Source: Pseudomonadota bacterium (GTDB lineage: Bacteria > Pseudomonadota > Gammaproteobacteria > Arenicellales > Poriferihabitantaceae). From it: a DNA stretch of 29,336 nt. The notes beneath the pieces were generated by a model, which saw only the letters and a list, made by a program, of their open reading frames with translations, made no database searches and had not been told where the DNA came from. Both the position numbers and the translations under genes were made by a program. The stretch is taken from positions 1-29,336 of the forward strand of contig JAAELZ010000211.1 of NCBI GenBank assembly GCA_024226105.1, given 5' to 3'. This document shows, piece after piece, positions 17,217-25,099 of this stretch (positions are counted from its first letter, which is position 1; every line of letters begins with the position of its first letter).

Positions 17217-18611
17217 ATGACAATGTGGCTTCCTGACCTGGATGGTAAATCCGGTCCGAAATATCAATCGATTGCTCTGGCAATCGGTGAAAGCATAGCT
17301 AGTGGCAGCTTGAAGGAGCGCGACCGATTACCTCCACAGCGTGAGCTTGCCTATCAATTGGGTGTATCGCTCAATACGGTGAGCCGGGCTTATTGCGAGG
17401 CAACAAATAGAGGTTTTTTATGTGGTGAAGTAGGACGCGGAACATATGTTCGCGTCCATGGGCATCTTCCCTCCTCCAACACCGGCAATGGTATGATGCG
17501 AACAATCGATGGTCCCGTTGATTTCACCCTGAACCTGCCCGCCCATGGCAATGGAGCCATTGCGCTTGCCGAAACGCTCGAAACTCTGAAGCATTCCAAT
17601 GCCCTGTCATCTTATCTCGACTATCAAACTGGGAATGATTTGAAACGCCACACCCGGGCCGCGGCATCGTGGATCAGCCGGCTTGGTTTTGAAGCTTCAG
17701 GTGATGATATCATCCTGACAAACGGTGCACAGCACGCCATTATGGTGGCATTGTTGGCAATCACCCGACCAGGGGATGTTCTTTTGGTTGAACCGATGAC
17801 CTACGCTCCTGTCAAATCAATAGCGCTCCATCTCGGTTTGATACTGTTTGCCGTGGAAATGGACGAAGGGGGATTGTCACCACAGGCTCTGGATGCGGCT
17901 TGTAGTTCAACCGCTGCAGCAGTCCTCTACTGTTTGCCGACATTGCACACACCCACGACAATCACCATGTCATCTGAGCGTCGGCGGGAAATTGCCGAGA
18001 TCGCCAGAAAACATCAACTGACGATTATTGAAGATGACGTCTTTGGATTTTTGCAGTCACACAGACCTCCGCCGCTGGCAGGTTTTGCTCCTGATTTGAC
18101 AATTTTGATTTCCAGCGTATCAAAATGTCTCGCTCCAGGCCTTCGCATTGGCTATATTCACGCGCCAAAAAGGCTTCAACGCGCACTGCGGGCCGCAGTG
18201 AATCTATCATGCTGGATGCCCCCGCCTTTGATGGCTGAGATCGCCAGCATGTGGATTGAAGAGGGCACAGCCGACAATCTCAACGAATTCCAGAGAATTG
18301 TCGCCCGAACCAGACAAAAACAGGCGCAACAAATTCTCGATGGGCACGAAGTGTTGTCAGACCCAGAAGGATTTCATTTGTGGCTTTTGCTGCCGACCCA
18401 CTGGCGCGCAGATACCTTTCGTGCCGCTGCTGAAAAATCAGGCGTAAAAGTGCTGACGGGAGAAACTTTTGCGGTTGAACAAAACACTGCCCCCCAGGCT
18501 GTCAGACTTTGCCTTTCTCATGAAATTTCAGATGAACGGGTGAACAAGGGACTGGGCATCCTCGCCGGTTTACTGGCGGAAACCAGCGACCCTGGCCTGC
18601 TGGTGGTCTGA
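17217..18611 (+). CDS. MocR/GabR-type (GntR family) regulator with PLP aminotransferase-like domain
   Basis: N-terminal wHTH RLPPQRELAYQLGVSLNTVSRAY...GEVGRGTYV; TNGAQHA, IIEDDVF, SSVSKCLAPGLRIG (PLP Lys). Confidence 0.95.
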   Translation: MTMWLPDLDGKSGPKYQSIALAIGESIASGSLKERDRLPPQRELAYQLGVSLNTVSRAYCEATNRGFLCGEVGRGTYVRVHGHLPSSNTGNGMMRTIDGPVDFTLNLPAHGNGAIALAETLETLKHSNALSSYLDYQTGNDLKRHTRAAASWISRLGFEASGDDIILTNGAQHAIMVALLAITRPGDVLLVEPMTYAPVKSIALHLGLILFAVEMDEGGLSPQALDAACSSTAAAVLYCLPTLHTPTTITMSSERRREIAEIARKHQLTIIEDDVFGFLQSHRPPPLAGFAPDLTILISSVSKCLAPGLRIGYIHAPKRLQRALRAAVNLSCWMPPPLMAEIASMWIEEGTADNLNEFQRIVARTRQKQAQQILDGHEVLSDPEGFHLWLLLPTHWRADTFRAAAEKSGVKVLTGETFAVEQNTAPQAVRLCLSHEISDERVNKGLGILAGLLAETSDPGLLVV

Positions 18612-18849
18612 TTTTGTAACCATGAATGGGTCAGGAATTCAGCACATTACTTCAGGCTCGATACGGCATATTTTAGTTGGCACTTCAATTCCAGGTGACT
18701 AAGTCGTGGATTCATAAACACCCAGCCATAACCTTATTGCAGCCAGCTTGAATCACAGCCACCAGGCAATCTCAATTCATCCATGGACCGGCAGGCATTA
18801 CCCCAAGAACGGACATATTATCTCGGCACACAAACGGTAGATAATGTTA

Positions 18850-18919
18850 AGGATTGTCGGACATCTGGCCCTTGATTGAGTTTGCGGCGAATTCGGATTG
18901 CCAGGTGTCGGACAATCCT
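18850..18919. repeat. Long hairpin downstream of the transposase (candidate oriIS structure)
   Basis: Arms AGGATTGTCGGACATCTGGC (18850-18869) and GCCAGGTGTCGGACAATCCT (18900-18919), 18/20 complementary, 30-nt loop. Confidence 0.85.
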
Positions 18920-19202
18920 CAGTGAAAGAAACTGCGGGATAGGTCTGCGGTGTTTGTGGCTTGGCTATGGATATAGTTGCACGGCTGGTTTTTCTGGAGC
19001 GGTTTTTGTAGGTGGTCATTGCGGAGTTTTGACCCGCAAAAGACCCTGCTGCGTGGTTTTGTGCGGTGTTTTCGATTGGACAAACCCACTGGCCTGCCAT
19101 TGTTTTTTACAAGAACTGGATATTTGGCCAATCGGGACTGCCACCAGTCTGGAACCGGTGTTGAGCGCTTTTGACGATTTGAGTTTGCGCTGATGTATAA
19201 AT

Positions 19203-20414
19203 TCAAGCTGCGTTCCTTGTTTTTGCGGGCGGCGGATGTGTCCAGGGTTTTTCGGCTCTGGGGAAGGTTTCAATGATGATCATAGGCCCGCCACAACATG
19301 GGCAGGACGGCAATTCCATGGCAGATACATTGTCGCCTTCATTGGGGTCGCCTTCATTGGGTGTTTCGTTGTCAGGCGGTAGATCAAGCAATTTACGGCA
19401 CAGGGCAATGTTCCTGGCGCGATAGCCATTGGCAAACAGACCGTAATGGCGGATGCGATGAAAGCCATGCGGCAGGACGTGGATGAGAAAGCGGCGGATG
19501 AACTCGCCTGCATCCAGGGTCATAGTTTTCTGTCGGTCCCGCCCTTTTGCACGGTAATCCTTCCATTTGAACGTGACTTGATTATCCTCAATTTTCAGCA
19601 GACGGCTGTTTGCGATAGCCACTCTGTGGGTGTAGCGGGACAGGTAAGCAAGAACCGCTTTTGGTCCGGCAAAGGGGCGTTTGGCGTAAACGACCCAATT
19701 GGTTTTGTGTAAACGTGCCAGGAAGCCTGCGAATGCCGCGCTATCCGCCAGGTGGATGTGTTCACTGAAGAAGCTCAATCGCCCCGCCTCATGTGCCGCA
19801 AACAGCTTCTCAAGAAACAACCGGCGGAACAATTTTGAGAGTACCCATACGGGCAGGAAGAAGCCGGGCTTGCAGGATACCCATGTTTTTTCATCCCGCG
19901 ATATCCCGCCACCGGGCACGATCATGTGTACATGGGGATGATGAGTCATGGCAGAGCCCCATGTGTGGAGAACAGATGTCATCCCGATCTTTGCCCCCAG
20001 ATGTCTGAGATCGGCAGCGATGGTGATCATGGTCTGGGAACTGGCTTTAAGCAGCAGATCGTAAACTACCGCCTTGTTGTGATAGGCAATATCGGCGATT
20101 GCAGCAGGTAACGTAAAGACCACATGGTAGTAGGGCACTGGTAGCAATTCCGCCTGTCGCGCCTCCAGCCATTTGATGGCCGCACCGCCTTGGCACTTGG
20201 GACAGTGCCGGTTGCGGCAGGAATTGTAGGCGATCCGCAAATGCTCACAATCGGCGCACTGTTCCACATGGCCACCGAGTGTTGCAGTACGGCAGATCTC
20301 GATTGCACTCATCACCTTCAACTGGCCGAGGCTTATGTGACCGGCATTGGCTCTACGCCATGCCGCCCCGTGATCGCGGAAGATGTCCGCAACCTCCAAT
20401 CTTGCACGGGACAT
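19203..20414 (-). CDS. IS91-family transposase (zinc-binding domain + HUH/Y2)
   Basis: LEVADIFR, CRT..LGGH...C..C, NSCRNRHCPKCQ, HUH motif HPHVHMIV, Y2 motif YLSRYTHR, FHRIRHYGL, C-terminal CPCC; 403 aa, no lesion seen. Confidence 0.95.
   Translation of the reverse strand: MSRARLEVADIFRDHGAAWRRANAGHISLGQLKVMSAIEICRTATLGGHVEQCADCEHLRIAYNSCRNRHCPKCQGGAAIKWLEARQAELLPVPYYHVVFTLPAAIADIAYHNKAVVYDLLLKASSQTMITIAADLRHLGAKIGMTSVLHTWGSAMTHHPHVHMIVPGGGISRDEKTWVSCKPGFFLPVWVLSKLFRRLFLEKLFAAHEAGRLSFFSEHIHLADSAAFAGFLARLHKTNWVVYAKRPFAGPKAVLAYLSRYTHRVAIANSRLLKIEDNQVTFKWKDYRAKGRDRQKTMTLDAGEFIRRFLIHVLPHGFHRIRHYGLFANGYRARNIALCRKLLDLPPDNETPNEGDPNEGDNVSAMELPSCPCCGGPMIIIETFPRAEKPWTHPPPAKTRNAA
19332..19361. repeat. 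15-bp tandem duplication inside the transposase C-terminal linker
   Basis: GTCGCCTTCATTGGG x2, in frame (PNEGD PNEGD). Confidence 0.9.
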
Positions 20415-20427
20415 GGATCTGCGGCGA

Positions 20428-21303
20428 TTATCCGGTGCTCACTCCGGATTTGGTCAATATCTTATCGAGCGGGCTCATAACCTCGCGGATCGTTTTGGTC
20501 GCCACCTGTGTGTACAATGCCGTGGTGGTCAGCTTCTTGTGCCCAAGCAGCACCTGGATCACGCGAATATCGATGTTCTGCTCCAGCAGATGTGTTGCAA
20601 ACGAATGCCTGAGCGTGTGTGGCGTTACCCGTTTGTCGATCTCCGCCATTTGAACCGCGGCATGGCAGGCACGGTTGAACTGGCGGGCTGAGATGGGATT
20701 GACTGGGTTCTGGCCGGGAAACAGCCAGCCCTGCGGTCGGGCCTCAACCCACCAGGCACGAAGCAGTTCAAGCAGGTGGGGTGACAGCATCACATAGCGG
20801 TCTTTACCGCCCTTGCCCTGTTCCACGCGGATGACCATGCGTTCTGAATCAATATCGGCAATCTTCAGCGAGGCTACCTCTGACGCGCGTAATCCGCAGC
20901 CATAGGCAACGCTCAATGCCGCCTTATACTTCAACCCAGGACCGGGAGCGCATTCAAGCAGGCGTGCCACCTCCTCAGGGCTTAAAACCACCGGTAATTT
21001 GCGGGGCTGGCGTACCGTGCTGGTAAATTTTCTGACATCATCGCGCCCCAGTGTGGTGCCGAAGAAAAACCGCAAGGCCGAAACGGCGGCGTTGATCGTA
21101 AAGGGTGAAGTACCATTATCGCTCAGATGCAACTGGTAGCGGCGAATATCCTCACCGCTGGCCTGATCCGGCGGGAAGCCCAGAAACCGGCTGAAGTTCT
21201 TAATACGCCGGATGTAATCCTTCTGCGTCTTCTCACCAAACCGGCGGATCGACATGTCTTCAATCATACGTGTGCGAAGTGTGGAAACCTTCTCCTGTGT
21301 CAT
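20428..21303 (-). CDS. Tyrosine recombinase/integrase with N-terminal SAM-like domain
   Basis: Full catalytic set: GLRASE (R), QGKGGKDR (K), HTLRHSFATH (HxxR), LLGH, TALYT (Y). Start ATG 21303 with AGGAG RBS, not the track's 21345. Confidence 0.95.
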   Translation of the reverse strand: MTQEKVSTLRTRMIEDMSIRRFGEKTQKDYIRRIKNFSRFLGFPPDQASGEDIRRYQLHLSDNGTSPFTINAAVSALRFFFGTTLGRDDVRKFTSTVRQPRKLPVVLSPEEVARLLECAPGPGLKYKAALSVAYGCGLRASEVASLKIADIDSERMVIRVEQGKGGKDRYVMLSPHLLELLRAWWVEARPQGWLFPGQNPVNPISARQFNRACHAAVQMAEIDKRVTPHTLRHSFATHLLEQNIDIRVIQVLLGHKKLTTTALYTQVATKTIREVMSPLDKILTKSGVSTG

Positions 21304-21324
21304 GGGAATACTCCTGTTTACTAA

Positions 21325-21349
21325 ACTTGTGACTTTTACAATCACAAGT
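21325..21349. promoter_or_regulatory. Inverted repeat just upstream of the recombinase RBS
   Basis: ACTTGTGA-N9-TCACAAGT, perfect 8-bp arms. Candidate autoregulatory site or RNA hairpin. Confidence 0.5.
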
Positions 21350-21500
21350 CTCGCAGACAGAACGCTTCACCGCGATACACCCACCAATACCGCGAGAGCG
21401 GTTTCGTTCAATGGCACTTTTCTGACATACCCCGGCTTCAAATGTTTATCTCAATCACCTCCGAAAACGGACATGAAATTAGCGCGGTGACAGACGAATT

Positions 21501-22397
21501 TTATGAGTATGCCTCCTGTTTCTCCAACAATCTGTCAATCACTCTTTTCAGATATGAATTGTCGACACTATGCCTGGCAATCTCGATTGTTAAAGACCGG
21601 TCAAGTTCCACTTTAACATCAAACGGCGCAACCAAAACACCCGAGGCTAATTGCGATTGTACCAAATTTTGGTGGCCGATCAGCACACCTGCGTCATTTT
21701 TCGCTTCCTCAACAGCTAGCGAATACAGCGAGAATGCGGGACCGCTCACCGGCAATTTTTGTCCGGGGAGCACTTTGTGGAACCAGGTTTTCCAATCATC
21801 AGACCAGGTTGTGTCATGCAGAAGCACTGCATTTGCCAAATCTGCGGGAGAGCCGAGATCATCAGCAACTTTTGGCGAGCACACCGGGAAAATGCTGTCT
21901 CGTCCAATGACGATTGATTTTTCGCAAACCGGGTGTTCTTCATAAAATATTGACAGATCATAAGGTTCCCGTTTCAACATCGGGCGTTGCTCGAGGGCGG
22001 CAACGGAAAGTGAGATTTCGGGCATGGCTGCCCTGATTTCCGGAAACCGGGGTGATAGCCAGAGTTGAGCGACGCTTGGCAGTGCGGCAATGCGGATTTC
22101 GTGCGTAATGGCATTTGCCCGCAGTTTATTTACCGCTTCGCCCAACCGGTCAAAAGCTTCGATGAAATCAGTCAAAGTACCTGCACCAAGTGCCGTCAGT
22201 TCTATGCCCTGGGGATGGCGCTTGAACAGTTTTTTGCCGGTCCACGCCTCAAGCGACTTGATGTGCTGAGCCACAGCACCCGGCGTGACGCAGAGTTCTG
22301 CTGCCGCATCAGTGAAACTTTCCAGTCTTGCCGCAGCCTCAAAAGCGCGCAGTGAATTCAAAGCCGGCATTTTCGGGCGGGGAGGAGATACTGACAT
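21501..22397 (-). CDS. LysR-family regulator, GcvA/AmpR-like
   Basis: PALNSLRAFEAAARLESFT.AA.ELCVTPGAVAQHIKSLE.W.G..LF.R, WLSPRFPE; 298 aa; divergent from the SHMT-fold gene. Confidence 0.95.
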   Translation of the reverse strand: MSVSPPRPKMPALNSLRAFEAAARLESFTDAAAELCVTPGAVAQHIKSLEAWTGKKLFKRHPQGIELTALGAGTLTDFIEAFDRLGEAVNKLRANAITHEIRIAALPSVAQLWLSPRFPEIRAAMPEISLSVAALEQRPMLKREPYDLSIFYEEHPVCEKSIVIGRDSIFPVCSPKVADDLGSPADLANAVLLHDTTWSDDWKTWFHKVLPGQKLPVSGPAFSLYSLAVEEAKNDAGVLIGHQNLVQSQLASGVLVAPFDVKVELDRSLTIEIARHSVDNSYLKRVIDRLLEKQEAYS

Positions 22398-22412
22398 GCA
22401 ATTAATATACCC

Positions 22413-22439
22413 CTAGTTTTTCTACGGCTAAATTCTAGC
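22413..22439. promoter_or_regulatory. Possible tandem LysR binding boxes
   Basis: CTAGTTTTTCTAC (22413-22425) and GCTAAATTCTAGC (22427-22439), degenerate 13-bp dyads just upstream of the LysR start. Confidence 0.35.
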
Positions 22440-22501
22440 AGAACTCGTTTGCGAACTGCAACCCTTTCTGGTTAGGATTTGCGTTCAATGAGGAGATTAA
22501 T

Positions 22502-23830
22502 ATGCCTGCATTAGAAAAACGTGACTGGGTACCATCCCATTGTGAAACCTATGTCCAAGGATTGGCACACTCAGCTTCGCTGGCAGATGTGGACAGTATT
22601 GCCAGAAGAGTTGAAGCCCTGATTGAGCGTAATCGGAAAATTCATGAACGCGATTGTTTTAACCTGAATCCGGCAACCAATGTCATGAACCCGCGGGCCG
22701 AAGCGGTATTATCGGCCGGGCTCGGGTCGCGTCCTTCGCTTGGCTATCCCGGCGACAAATATGAAATGGGCCTGGAGGCGATAGAAGAAATTGAAGTTGT
22801 CTGTGCCGAATTATGCGCGGAAATATTTAACGCCAAATATGCTGAAATTCGTGTTGCTTCCGGAGCTTTGGCCAACCTCTACGGATTCATGGCCATTTGC
22901 AAGCCGGGTGATGCCATCATCGTTCCACCCGCATCAATTGGTGGCCATGTCACTCATCATGATGCAGGATGTGCGGGTCTTTACGGATTGCAGATATACC
23001 CGGCTCCGGTCAACGCCGATGGGTTTAGTTTCGATGTGGCAGCAACACGGGCACTGGCACAACGTGTAAAACCAAAACTGATCAGCATTGGTGGCAGCCT
23101 TAATCTTTTTCCCCATCCGGTGAAGGAGATCAGAACAATTGCCGATGAAGTTGGTGCAAAGGTCCTGTTTGACGCTGCCCATCAATGCGGCATTATTGCC
23201 GGTGGTGCCTGGCCTGATCCACTGGGTGAGGGCGCCCATCTGATGACCATGAGTACTTATAAAAGCCTGGCGGGTCCTGCGGGCGGTCTGATCGTTACCA
23301 ATGACGCGGAAATTGCCGAGCATCTGGATGCAATTGCCTTTCCCGGCATGACCGCCAATTTTGATGCAGCGAAATCAGCGGCACTCGCCATAACCATGCT
23401 GGACTGGAGAGTTCACGGGAAAGCCTATGCCCAGGCGATGGTTGATGTTTCCAAATCGCTTGCCATTGAACTTGACGCACTCGGCCTGCCGGTATTTGCC
23501 AAACACCGGCGGTTCACTCAGTCGCATCAATTCGCAATTGAGGCGGCCGATTTTGGCGGTGGTCAGGCAGTTTCGAAAATACTTCACAAATCCGGATTTT
23601 TAGCCTGTGGAATTGGCTTACCTGTTGCCGCAGTTGAGGGAGACTTGAATGGCCTGCGAATTGGTACCCCGGAGCTTGTTCGCTGGGGGATGACGGTGGA
23701 GCACACGAAACAACTGGCAAACCTCATCGCCCGCGCTTTCACCACCAATAATCCCGGTTCACTGGCTGAAGAAGTAGCGGCCATGAGAAGCCGGTTCAAC
23801 AAAATTCATTTTGTTTGTGCGGGTGATTGA
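22502..23830 (+). CDS. Serine hydroxymethyltransferase-fold PLP enzyme (divergent; alpha-methylserine aldolase-like)
   Basis: FNLNPATNVMNP, SLGYPGDKYEMG, GGHVTHH, FDAAH, TMSTYKSLAGPAGG (PLP Lys), GLRIGTPE. Differs from housekeeping GlyA (LIASEN, EGYP..RYY, TTTHKT). Confidence 0.88.
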   Translation: MPALEKRDWVPSHCETYVQGLAHSASLADVDSIARRVEALIERNRKIHERDCFNLNPATNVMNPRAEAVLSAGLGSRPSLGYPGDKYEMGLEAIEEIEVVCAELCAEIFNAKYAEIRVASGALANLYGFMAICKPGDAIIVPPASIGGHVTHHDAGCAGLYGLQIYPAPVNADGFSFDVAATRALAQRVKPKLISIGGSLNLFPHPVKEIRTIADEVGAKVLFDAAHQCGIIAGGAWPDPLGEGAHLMTMSTYKSLAGPAGGLIVTNDAEIAEHLDAIAFPGMTANFDAAKSAALAITMLDWRVHGKAYAQAMVDVSKSLAIELDALGLPVFAKHRRFTQSHQFAIEAADFGGGQAVSKILHKSGFLACGIGLPVAAVEGDLNGLRIGTPELVRWGMTVEHTKQLANLIARAFTTNNPGSLAEEVAAMRSRFNKIHFVCAGD

Positions 23831-23852
23831 GGTTCTGGTTCTCTCAATTTTC

Positions 23853-25046
23853 TCAGATATTAGTATAAAATATAGATGCTCGCTTGAAATACAGACTTGA
23901 TAGCACACCGGCAATTGACAGGAAAAGCATCAAAACAAAAGCAGTCCGGTAATCACCGGATTGATCGAAAAACACTCCGCCCAGATAGGCTCCAAACCCA
24001 CCGGCCATTTGATGGACCATGGAGATAAAACCGGTAATTGCACCCAAATATCGAAGGCCAAAAGCCTTGCGCACAAATACCACGGTTAGTGGCGCGGTTG
24101 CCAAAAAAGTCAGGCCATAACCCAGCGCAAAGATCGTGACACTCAAACTGTCCTGACTGAATATAATCAATGTAAACAAAAATATGCGCAGGATGAAGCA
24201 GGCGATGGTTGGTTGCAACGGGTCCGATTTATCAGACCAGAATCCTGACAAAATTACTCCAATCACAGCAGTTAACCCCATTAACGCCAGAATGTTCCCA
24301 GCCAACAATGTCGATACTCCCTGATCCTGGGCAAAGGCAACAACATGGGTTGCCACAAAGAAATCCTGGAAACCGCAGATCATGTAAATAATTATCAAGC
24401 GCCTGAAATAGGGAGTATCACGAGCATCCCGGAATTTTACCGAATTATCAGTTTGTGCTGCGGATTTTTGTCCGGGTTCATTCTTGAAATCCCTTTGACT
24501 GACCGCCATCAGAACAAATGGCACCAATGCCAGATTGGCCACACCGAGCCAGAGATAAACCGGTTTCCACCCGGATTGAACCAGGATTACGGCAAGTACC
24601 GCTATCATCACTAATTGCCCAAAACCCATGCCTGAAATGGCGAACGCGTTGGCCAGTCCAATTCGCTTTGGAAACCACTGCGTAATCATCACTCCTACAG
24701 GTGTAAGTGAAGTCAGGCCATTTCCGAATGCAAATATTATGCCGTAAAGCAAAAATGCCTGCCAGGGCGCCAAAGCGAAGCTGATCAGGCCGATTCCAAG
24801 TGCGCTGATGATCAGCCCGGCTACAAGCACATGCGTTAGATTGAATCGATCTGCCAATCGCCCGGACAGATACATGCACAGGCTGGATACTACCAGAGAA
24901 ACAAATACCGCCAGGCTGACAATGCTTCGCGACCAGTCAAAATCTGCGGCCATTGGTTTCAAGGTCAGACCAATTGCAAAACGCGAGCCACCACCTACCA
25001 GCAGCACCAGAAACCCGGTTACCAAAACAGCAAAATAACGATTCAT
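23853..25046 (-). CDS. MFS transporter
   Basis: About 12 hydrophobic segments, motif A-like SGRLADRF and SGFWSDK; 397 aa. Confidence 0.9.
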   Translation of the reverse strand: MNRYFAVLVTGFLVLLVGGGSRFAIGLTLKPMAADFDWSRSIVSLAVFVSLVVSSLCMYLSGRLADRFNLTHVLVAGLIISALGIGLISFALAPWQAFLLYGIIFAFGNGLTSLTPVGVMITQWFPKRIGLANAFAISGMGFGQLVMIAVLAVILVQSGWKPVYLWLGVANLALVPFVLMAVSQRDFKNEPGQKSAAQTDNSVKFRDARDTPYFRRLIIIYMICGFQDFFVATHVVAFAQDQGVSTLLAGNILALMGLTAVIGVILSGFWSDKSDPLQPTIACFILRIFLFTLIIFSQDSLSVTIFALGYGLTFLATAPLTVVFVRKAFGLRYLGAITGFISMVHQMAGGFGAYLGGVFFDQSGDYRTAFVLMLFLSIAGVLSSLYFKRASIFYTNI

Positions 25047-25099
25047 ATAATTCGCATACCTGTAAGTGCTCCGGAATTTCGGGTAGCATTGTTAATCCG

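Larger units (their letters stand above)
18845..21427 (-). mobile_element. Tyrosine recombinase + IS91-type (HUH/Y2) transposase element; ends inferred
   Basis: Two intact co-oriented genes inserted between convergent genes. Imperfect 30-bp inverted repeat at 18906-18935 / 21398-21427, terminal hairpin at 18850-18919, TGT...ACA termini. Alternative ends at 18811/21468 (see findings). Confidence 0.8.
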
